DNA from: Escherichia coli
Lineage (GTDB): Bacteria; Pseudomonadota; Gammaproteobacteria; Enterobacterales; Enterobacteriaceae
Assembly (NCBI RefSeq): GCF_003334815.1
Contig: NZ_QOWO01000072.1
Direction: 5' to 3' (one strand)
Length of the DNA: 5,879 bases
The translations under genes were made by a program, and so were the position numbers. This document shows, in pieces, positions 1-4,973 of this stretch. How positions within the stretch are numbered: position 1 is the first letter of the stretch; each line of letters starts with the position of its first letter. The notes beneath the pieces are model-generated. The model did not search any database. It saw only the letters and a list, made by a program, of their open reading frames with translations, and was not told the DNA's origin.

Positions 1-40
1 TTCGTACTAATCGCTTCAATCCAAAGAACTTCACTTTTCC

Positions 41-77
41 TTAGCGTGTGTTATCGCAGAAATGCCCACGGAACCCC
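41..77. repeat. Left copy of an imperfect 37-bp inverted repeat (partner at 5803-5839)
   Basis: Hand alignment: reverse complement of 41-77 matches plus 5803-5839 at 34/37 positions. The repeat contains the last 8 codons and TAA stop (51-53) of the 51..248 ORF. Confidence 0.7.
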
Positions 78-248
78 GGTTTGGCGTTTCCCTGCCAATA
101 TTTGATAGCCAACCCAGAGGATATAAACGCTAATACCTGCACTTAGAAGAGATAACATATCTTGGCCTAATTGACTTTGAAGTGGTTTGGTCATCTCTTC
201 GATTTTACTAACAACTTCGCTATTAAACTTTTCAAAGAAACCAGACAT
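51..248 (-). CDS. 65-aa membrane ORF resembling the N-terminal segment of VirB6/TrbL-family proteins (possibly a truncated gene)
   Basis: ATG at 248 preceded by AGGTGA, 4 nt after the stop of the upstream lipoprotein gene. MSGFF... then one hydrophobic helix (LSLLSAGISVYILWVGYQIL) followed by AGKR, the usual start of VirB6-type proteins, but it stops at TAA 51-53 where canonical proteins continue for about 250 aa. Confidence 0.4.
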   Translation of the reverse strand: MSGFFEKFNSEVVSKIEEMTKPLQSQLGQDMLSLLSAGISVYILWVGYQILAGKRQTGVPWAFLR

Positions 249-252
249 GTTA

Positions 253-516
253 TCACCTGTTCAATCCATGTTGCTTATCATATTCAGCTGACTCAGCCTT
301 AAGTATTTCAAGCATAGGCCCATAGGTTCTACCAATAATTCCGGCAACTTTTTTAACATTTTGACAATTAACAGAGTCTTCCCCTGACTTTTTACACTCC
401 TTATATTTCTCCGTTGCTTCTTTGGGATGATTTAGCCACCAATCTGATGATTTTGTATCTTCACCACATGCGGAAAGAATAAAAATAGATATCAAGAGTG
501 TACAAATTTTTTTCAT
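253..516 (-). CDS. Small secreted lipoprotein (87 aa); position immediately upstream of a VirB6/TrbL-like ORF suggests a TrbK/entry-exclusion-like role
   Basis: N-terminal signal peptide MKKICTLLISIFILSAC with lipobox L-S-A-C; GAGGA Shine-Dalgarno 7 nt upstream of the ATG at 516; stop TGA at 253-255. Confidence 0.6.
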   Translation of the reverse strand: MKKICTLLISIFILSACGEDTKSSDWWLNHPKEATEKYKECKKSGEDSVNCQNVKKVAGIIGRTYGPMLEILKAESAEYDKQHGLNR

Positions 517-536
517 CTTTGATTCCTCGTATGGAC

Positions 537-578
537 ATTACAATTGCTGATGCAATCAGCAATTGTAATTTTTGTCAA
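537..578 (-). promoter_or_regulatory. Perfect palindrome (15-bp arms, 3-bp spacer) plus adjacent minus-strand TTGACA; candidate operator/promoter for the lipoprotein operon
   Basis: ATTACAATTGCTGAT-gca-ATCAGCAATTGTAAT at 537-569, 21 nt upstream of the ATG at 516. Minus-strand hexamer TTGACA at 578..573 immediately upstream. No clean -10 hexamer identified. Confidence 0.4.
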
Positions 579-617
579 CTAAAAAAAACACCTATTGCAT
601 TATGCTATTTTTTGCAA

Positions 618-902
618 TTAATCCGCTTCAAATCCAAAACGAATCTCTTTTATGTTCAAAAGCAATCTCAATAAGATCATCGGTCTTAACGATGAAGCTG
701 AAGCACAACTTAATTTAGCTCTTGCATTAAATAACTGCCCCTGAACTGTTCCCGGTGTTGTATTTCTAAAATAAGCTATTTCATCAATAGTAAATCCTAT
801 GCTGTATAAAATGGTCACGCTCTTTTCCGCATCGATTAATCCTTCATCGTCGTAAAAGATTTGATGAAGTTGAGAAATGCGTATAGCATCATGCTTAGTC
901 AT
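618..902 (-). CDS. Small helix-turn-helix DNA-binding protein (sigma-70 region-4 / KorA-like HTH)
   Basis: 94-aa ORF; AGAGG Shine-Dalgarno 6 nt upstream of the ATG at 902. Segment FTIDEIAYFRNTTPGTVQGQLFNARAKL fits the T-x-G-T-V HTH pattern. Lies 76 nt downstream of repA on the same strand. Confidence 0.5.
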   Translation of the reverse strand: MTKHDAIRISQLHQIFYDDEGLIDAEKSVTILYSIGFTIDEIAYFRNTTPGTVQGQLFNARAKLSCASASSLRPMILLRLLLNIKEIRFGFEAD

Positions 903-978
903 AATAACCTCTAGCCAGGTTGTTGTGATTAGCGGTTTGTCAGAGTTGCAACCTCTGGCAAATCGCGCCGATTAAATA

Positions 979-1728
979 TCAATTTTTTATAATCTTTGAT
1001 TGCTCATCTTTTTGAAACCAGAATTCAAGACGAACGACTTTTTTGCCTCTTTTTAATGGCTTCCACTGGATTATCCAATTATCTTTTTCGGTCAACTCTT
1101 TTACGGCAGGTTCTATCACCCTTTCTCTGAGTAATCCAAAGGTTTTTTTATAACTTTCAGGAGATTCCATTGCGTGATGAAAATCATCCAGCGATATAGA
1201 TAACCATCCGTTATTGTCTTTGTGGGTATTCATTTGCTCGAATAATTCAAGCAACCGCCATGAGTGAACAGAGCGCAGTCCGCAAGCCTGAGATAGCTGG
1301 TATTTAGTGAAATTTTCTTCCAGTTCGCATAGATAGGGGGTGACCTGTGGTGTGAAGCTCAAAACAACGTGCGCTTCACCTTCATTGTATTTATAAGCAC
1401 CTAACCATCTGATTTTCCAGACATCAACATCTGTTTCGCTTACTTCGTTTATTCTGAAGCTAATGTAGCGGTTAAAAAAATTGTCAGCAGCGATTTTTAA
1501 TTGTGAATACGCTTGTTTTAAAGGCATTCCAAATGTATTGGCGTATTCTTCAGCCGTGATTTTAATCGGGGTGTACTGTCCGCCCATTTTGGCTATTGCA
1601 GCAAAAATGATGCGTTTTTCAGCCAGTGACAGGCTTTGCGCTGCTCTCGTAATGGCATTGCTCATCACGATATTTTTCCCGCGCAGGTTCAAGGTCATGG
1701 TAATGGATTCAGTTTTTTTCCCTTTCAT
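979..1728 (-). CDS. repA: Rep_3-family iteron-binding replication initiator RepA
   Basis: Architecture matches pSC101/R6K-type initiators as remembered: NAITRAAQSLSLAEKRIIFAAIA (winged-helix 1), WKIRWLGAYKY...PYLCEL, SISLDDFHHAM...LEFWF. Preferred start is ATG 1728 (MKGKK, preceded by AGGCGGAGAG); the track ORF extends to 1782 and internal ATGs at 1698 and 1665 are alternatives. Stop TGA 979-981. Cognate iterons lie 130 bp upstream. Confidence 0.85.
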   Translation of the reverse strand: MKGKKTESITMTLNLRGKNIVMSNAITRAAQSLSLAEKRIIFAAIAKMGGQYTPIKITAEEYANTFGMPLKQAYSQLKIAADNFFNRYISFRINEVSETDVDVWKIRWLGAYKYNEGEAHVVLSFTPQVTPYLCELEENFTKYQLSQACGLRSVHSWRLLELFEQMNTHKDNNGWLSISLDDFHHAMESPESYKKTFGLLRERVIEPAVKELTEKDNWIIQWKPLKRGKKVVRLEFWFQKDEQSKIIKN

Positions 1729-1761
1729 CTCTCCGCCTAAATAGGTCAACTGGCACTTGGA

Positions 1762-1845
1762 AAAGTAACAGGTATCGGGCAACTGTAACGAAGATAAACG
1801 ATGTTATCGCACAAGTAAAGTAACATTGCTTGTTGCTGTTACTTT
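1762..1845 (-). promoter_or_regulatory. repA promoter/operator region with inverted iteron half-sites (candidate autoregulatory operator)
   Basis: Iteron core GTTACTTT occurs as AAAGTAAC at 1762-1769 and 1817-1824 and as GTTACTTT at 1838-1845. The pair 1817-1824 / 1838-1845 forms an inverted repeat with 13-bp spacer between the iterons and the repA start. Confidence 0.45.
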
Positions 1846-1849
1846 TGCC

Positions 1850-1858
1850 TGTGGATAT
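1850..1858. promoter_or_regulatory. DnaA box-like site (8/9 match)
   Basis: TGTGGATAT, reverse complement ATATCCACA versus consensus TTATCCACA; directly abuts the iteron array. Confidence 0.35.
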
Positions 1859-1860
1859 TG

Positions 1861-1944
1861 CCCGAAAAAAGTTACTTTTAACCCGAAAAAAGTTACTTTT
1901 AACCCGAAAAAAGTTACTTTTAACCCGAAAAAAGTTACTTTTAA
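1861..1944. repeat. Four tandem perfect 21-bp iterons (CCCGAAAAAAGTTACTTTTAA)
   Basis: Unit starts at 1861, 1882, 1903 and 1924; all four copies identical, contiguous, no spacers; located upstream of a Rep_3 initiator gene. Confidence 0.9.
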
Positions 1945-2040
1945 CGCTGTAACTTGATGATTCAAAAGAATTTCTAGCGACTAAAAAGGTTTTAAAAAAA
2001 AAGATAAAAAGGATTTAAAAAGGAATTTACCCCCAAAATC
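1945..2040. other. AT-rich, A-tract-phased region of the origin (candidate DNA unwinding/bending element)
   Basis: Strongly AT-rich by inspection; AAAAAGG recurs at 1983-1989, 2006-2012 and 2017-2023; flanked by iterons on one side and a perfect DnaA box on the other. Confidence 0.4.
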
Positions 2041-2049
2041 TGTGGATAA
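2041..2049. promoter_or_regulatory. DnaA box (perfect 9-mer)
   Basis: TGTGGATAA is the reverse complement of TTATCCACA; sits at the edge of the AT-rich origin region. Confidence 0.5.
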
Positions 2050-2156
2050 CTCTGCTTAAACCAAGAGGACAGATCACGTTACGTTAAGACAACAAACCTA
2101 ATAAACGACGCGCTCATTTTTTAACCGCTACGCGTAAGTGCTCAAATCAATACCTG

Positions 2157-2222
2157 CTCTCTTCCGCTTCCTCGCCCACTCGCTCACTAACGTTCGGTCG
2201 CTGGGGCTGCGGCGAGCGGTGC
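2157..2222. other. Segment resembling the ColE1/pBR322 primosome assembly (n'-type pas/ssi) region
   Basis: CTCTTCCGCTTCCTCGCCCACTCGCTCACTAACGTTCGGTCGCTGGGGCTGCGGCGAGCGGT is recognisably similar, from memory, to the pBR322 stretch CTCTTCCGCTTCCTCGCTCACTGACTCGCTGCGCTCGGTCGTTCGGCTGCGGCGAGCGGT. Lies about 110 bp from the oriV DnaA box in a GC-rich ORF-poor island. Confidence 0.3.
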
Positions 2223-2589
2223 CACCTCCCGCATGTTGTCGGTTATTCCGTTGCTGTACTGTTCGGAAATTCGTTCTGTGAGCCATCCAGAACACCAGAA
2301 CTCGATTTTCTGGTCCCGGTAATGGTATCCCACGTCTTAGCCCTTAAAACGCGCTCAGAAACTCTCTGAGGCGCTAAAATGCCAACAGATGCCCGTCAGG
2401 GCATGGAAGGTGCGAAAAACGCTTACAGAGGGTTTCAGGAGGCCAAGCGCGCCGATACCCCTAACCAGGGGCTTTCAGGTCGCTAAGAACCGCGTCAGCC
2501 CCCTGCAAAGCAAAAATTGCACGAAACAGGCAGCCACTCGGTTGGCAGGTGGTCGTAGACCGTCGATGTTGCAGCGATGATTGTATTAA

Positions 2590-2934
2590 TCATCTAATGC
2601 TATGGTTGGTGACTTCTTTTTCCAGAGCCTTATTAACAAAAGCATTCAACGATAAATCTTCTTCCATCGCCATTTCTGCTACCCGACGATGCAGTTCTGG
2701 ATCAAGCCTGACGTTAAACACGCCTTTAAACGGGATATCAGGTTCCTTTCCATCCTCCACACAAGACTGTAAATACAGATCAACCGATGTTTTAAACTCC
2801 TGTTCCAGTTCAGCTAATGTAGAAGCCTCATAAGTTACCAGGTCCCGAATAAACGCCAGTTTTCCATACAGGACATTATTTTCAAAATCGGGTTCAACTG
2901 TACCTAAATATCCTTTATATTTTAAATGTTTCAT
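2590..2934 (-). CDS. hicB: HicB-family antitoxin (N-terminal HicB fold plus C-terminal ribbon-helix-helix DNA-binding domain)
   Basis: 114 aa; C-terminal FNVRLDPELHRRVAEMAMEEDLSLNAFVNKALEKEV is a typical RHH segment of HicB antitoxins. Start ATG 2934 overlaps the hicA stop (ATGA at 2931-2934); stop TGA 2590-2592. Confidence 0.8.
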   Translation of the reverse strand: MKHLKYKGYLGTVEPDFENNVLYGKLAFIRDLVTYEASTLAELEQEFKTSVDLYLQSCVEDGKEPDIPFKGVFNVRLDPELHRRVAEMAMEEDLSLNAFVNKALEKEVTNHSIR

Positions 2935-3179
2935 AATAATCCGGCCTCTTTCAGATTCTGTTTAATCGCTTTCAGCGTACCACCTTTAATATAACTTTCC
3001 GGATGTGGGCGATGCATTAATATGGTGTGGTTGATATCAGCATTGAAAAACCGCACTCTTGACCCCTGCATTTCTTTTTTGACATATCCCAAAGAGGAAA
3101 ACAAAACGACCAGTTCATCCCATTCAAACGTTTTTTTGCTGTTTAAAAACTTCGCCAGTAGTTTATCTGTTTTTCCCAT
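2931..3179 (-). CDS. hicA: HicA-family toxin (mRNA interferase)
   Basis: 82 aa; GSRVRFFNADINHTILMHRPHPESYIKGGTLKAIKQNLKEAGLL resembles the E. coli HicA core (GSNH...PRHP...LRKAILKQLGL, remembered). GGGGAG Shine-Dalgarno 3 nt upstream of the ATG at 3179; toxin-first order typical of hicAB. Confidence 0.75.
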   Translation of the reverse strand: MGKTDKLLAKFLNSKKTFEWDELVVLFSSLGYVKKEMQGSRVRFFNADINHTILMHRPHPESYIKGGTLKAIKQNLKEAGLL

Positions 3180-3193
3180 ACGCTCCCCTTGTT

Positions 3194-3229
3194 TGTAACT
3201 AATTATAGTTACAGTGTTGTTTTTGTCAA
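3194..3229 (-). promoter_or_regulatory. Consensus sigma70 promoter for hicAB with overlapping palindromic operator
   Basis: Minus strand: -35 TTGACA (3229..3224), 16-bp spacer, -10 TATAAT (3207..3202), about 23 nt upstream of the hicA ATG. Palindrome TGTAACT-aattat-AGTTACA (3194-3213) overlaps the -10. Confidence 0.55.
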
Positions 3230-3320
3230 ACGTGCCCTCAATGGAACATTTGAGCAGAAACTAAAGCTTGGAGACTCCCAAAATTAGAGAGGAATTACTT
3301 AAAGGCTGCAAAGAACCAAT

Positions 3321-3368
3321 GCAGGATAGACAATCCGATGTCAAATGGTACCATTCGATATCGGATTG
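3321..3368 (-). other. Candidate oriT: near-perfect 38-bp palindrome followed on the minus strand by a TATCCTG|C nick-like motif
   Basis: CAATCCGAT-gtca-AATGGTACCATT-cgat-ATCGGATTG at 3331-3368. On the minus strand the motif TATCCTGC (3328..3321) follows 2 nt after the repeat and fits the MOB_P-type nick consensus YATCCTG|Y. Lies in the divergent intergenic region next to a MobC-like gene. Confidence 0.35.
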
Positions 3369-3419
3369 TCCAAAAACAGGGTTTTTGCCTGTGCCTGCCG
3401 CAGGCTCTATGGAGTGAAG

Positions 3420-3923
3420 ATGAAACAGATAAAATTCAGACTTAGTGGTGATGAGTTAAAACTTGCAGAACATAACGCGATTTCAAGTGGATTTTCCAGT
3501 ATCAATACATTTGCCAGACATAATGTGCTTAACATTGAAACTAAGCCTGTTAATATCCCAGTTAATAATGAACCAGCAAAGCTGGTATCAGTGCGCCTTT
3601 ACCCTCATGAAATAGAACTTGTTAAACGTAATGCTGCCCTTCACGGCATGAGCATGAGCAGAGAAATTGCTATTCGTGTGCGTCAGTCTTTGTTAAAGAA
3701 TGAAGTCTGTCTTTACCCTGATGAAGTTAAGGAACTTAAAAAACTATCAACTGCTGTAGATCGTGTTGGTCGCAACATTCATTTTATCATAAAAGGTGAA
3801 AGATTCTGCACGGTTAACGATCCAGATTTCAGAAAAGACGTTATTGAAGTGATTGAACTGTGTAAGCAAATTGATTCAAAACTTGAAACGTTAACCAAGA
3901 GTGTTGTTAACAGATTTGGTTAA
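3420..3923 (+). CDS. MobC-like relaxosome accessory protein (tandem ribbon-helix-helix segments)
   Basis: 167 aa from ATG 3420, with GGAG 7 nt upstream; the track ORF start at 3345 lies inside the palindrome and is rejected. Two RHH-like segments (IKFRLSGDELKLAEHNAISSGF; KLVSVRLYPHEIELVKRNAALHGMSMSREIAIRV) and C-terminal LKKLSTAVDRVGRNIHFIIKG resembling the MobC L..L...R.G.N motif. Stop TAA 3921-3923. Confidence 0.45.
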   Translation: MKQIKFRLSGDELKLAEHNAISSGFSSINTFARHNVLNIETKPVNIPVNNEPAKLVSVRLYPHEIELVKRNAALHGMSMSREIAIRVRQSLLKNEVCLYPDEVKELKKLSTAVDRVGRNIHFIIKGERFCTVNDPDFRKDVIEVIELCKQIDSKLETLTKSVVNRFG

Positions 3924-3929
3924 AATCAA

Positions 3930-3948
3930 GGCCATCAAATAGATGGCC
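3930..3948 (-). terminator. Hairpin between convergent genes; likely intrinsic terminator for the minus-strand VirB5-like operon
   Basis: GGCCATC-aaata-GATGGCC (7-bp stem, 5-nt loop). On the minus strand it is followed by TTGATTTTA (U-rich); on the plus strand the downstream tract is not U-rich. Confidence 0.4.
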
Positions 3949-3955
3949 CTAGCTG

Positions 3956-4258
3956 TTATCTCATCGTAAATCGCATTACGATTAATAACAGAAGTAAAAT
4001 ACAAAACAGCTTCAACGTAAAAAGGAGTCTTTCTTTTATACCACCGCTGGGAACAAACCTCTTTTCAATTCTATCAGTGATAAATTGCAATGTGCCATAA
4101 TACATAAAAGCATTAACCAGCTTTAACGTAAGCTCCATACTTAAAACAATAACTATTATTGGTAGAGATATTAACAGTGGCGGCGGTGTAGAACCGGTAC
4201 TATTCAATCTAGACCAATGATTATCTACCCATTCTTTTAGCTTATTTAGCTTTATCAT
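3956..4258 (-). CDS. Small integral membrane protein (100 aa, two hydrophobic helices); entry-exclusion-like by position after the VirB5-like gene
   Basis: ATG at 4258 lies 1 nt after the VirB5-like stop (TGAtATG); the track ORF's longer N-terminus overlaps the upstream gene. Hydrophobic stretches PLLISLPIIVIVLSMELTL and LLFTLKLFCILLLLLIVMRF. No family recognised. Confidence 0.45.
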   Translation of the reverse strand: MIKLNKLKEWVDNHWSRLNSTGSTPPPLLISLPIIVIVLSMELTLKLVNAFMYYGTLQFITDRIEKRFVPSGGIKERLLFTLKLFCILLLLLIVMRFTMR

Positions 4259-4259
4259 A

Positions 4260-4973
4260 TCATTCGAAACTCGGTATTTTGGCATTTTTCTGACGTAAAC
4301 GATACTCTGCATACTTTTGTTCTTTCAACATTTCCGCATCAGCCCTGTTTTTACTATCCCATACATCATACTGCATTTTAATTGCCTGTATTTTTAACGA
4401 CTGAGCCTGTAATGCGTTAGCTAAATCCTGGGATTCCTTCATATCCTTTGAAGACTCAATTCGGCTACTTAAACTCTGAATCTGAGACATTGCACTTGAT
4501 AGCTGCTTATTTATCTCATTTCCCTGTTCAATGCTGGCGGCCGTTGAAACTATTCTGGCCTTACAAAGGTTATCAGAACTTTCAATGCCTGTATTACACA
4601 TATCAAACGCTCCATACTTACTGAACAGATTTTTAGCCTGGCTGCTTAATGCACCTTCGGGATTACTGGTAAAATCAGAAATATAACTGTTCCCCTGCTT
4701 ATAAATGTTTGCCAACTCTGATTGCAGGTTACTTAGTTCATTTGTGAATGCCGCAATATTCCTTATACCTGTTGCCGTGGCTAACTGGTCTTTATATGCC
4801 TGAATCTGACTTTGATAATGCCGCGCTGTTTCAGACCATTGTTTGAGTCGTTCTGTCCATCTTGTGGCTTCAATGGCCCATTCCGGACTGGCATCAATAG
4901 CAACCGGAATACCTGCGACAGAACCAAATGAAAATAAGCACAAAAGTACTGAAAAAATTAGTTTTTTGTTCAT
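4260..4973 (-). CDS. VirB5/TrbJ-family type IV secretion minor pilus protein
   Basis: 237 aa; signal peptide MNKKLIFSVLLCLFSFGSVAG, then GIPVAID and a Gln-rich coiled-coil stretch (QSQIQAYKDQLATATGIR) as in VirB5/TrbJ proteins. Strong GAGGAG Shine-Dalgarno; start overlaps the upstream gene's stop (ATGA at 4970-4973). Confidence 0.7.
   Translation of the reverse strand: MNKKLIFSVLLCLFSFGSVAGIPVAIDASPEWAIEATRWTERLKQWSETARHYQSQIQAYKDQLATATGIRNIAAFTNELSNLQSELANIYKQGNSYISDFTSNPEGALSSQAKNLFSKYGAFDMCNTGIESSDNLCKARIVSTAASIEQGNEINKQLSSAMSQIQSLSSRIESSKDMKESQDLANALQAQSLKIQAIKMQYDVWDSKNRADAEMLKEQKYAEYRLRQKNAKIPSFE

Noticed and set aside
903-978. Stem-loops between repA and the HTH gene (GCCAG...CTGGC, CAGAG-ttgcaac-CTCTG) as terminator or attenuator
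   Set aside because: Imperfect, bulged stems without a downstream U-tract on the minus strand; cannot separate a regulatory structure from chance in 76 bp.
1481-1744. 87-aa plus-strand ORF
   Set aside because: Lies entirely antisense inside the well-supported repA gene; hydrophobic, low-complexity translation typical of an antisense frame; no ribosome-binding site.
1729-1782. N-terminal extension of the repA ORF to the ATG at 1782 (as in the ORF track)
   Set aside because: The extension contains an iteron half-site (1762-1769) and has no ribosome-binding site, whereas ATG 1728 is preceded by AGGCGGAGAG. The start remains uncertain; 1698 and 1665 are alternatives.
1861-1944. Tandem direct repeats as a possible CRISPR array
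   Set aside because: Units are 21 bp, identical and directly contiguous with no spacers, and sit upstream of a Rep_3 initiator gene; these are replication iterons, not CRISPR repeats.
2389-2580. 63-aa plus-strand ORF in the GC-rich island
   Set aside because: Arg/Pro-rich composition typical of a spurious frame in GC-rich DNA; no Shine-Dalgarno; the region is better explained as non-coding (ssi-like or structured).
2576-2594. Hairpin GATGATT-gtatt-AATCATC overlapping the hicB stop codon as a terminator
   Set aside because: AT-rich 7-bp stem with no U-tract on the minus strand; too weak to call an intrinsic terminator.
2549-2833. 94-aa plus-strand ORF
   Set aside because: Antisense to hicB; Ser/Cys-rich translation with no recognisable domain; overlaps a gene with strong family signature on the other strand.
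3345-3419. N-terminal extension of the MobC-like ORF to ATG 3345
   Set aside because: ATG 3345 lies inside the 38-bp palindrome, and the extension (MVPFDIGLSKNRVFACACRRLYGVK) looks non-protein-like; ATG 3420 has a GGAG at proper spacing.
4259-4312. N-terminal extension of the small membrane protein ORF to ATG 4312
   Set aside because: It would overlap the 3' end of the VirB5-like gene by 50 nt in another frame; the ATG at 4258, directly after the upstream stop, is the more economical start.
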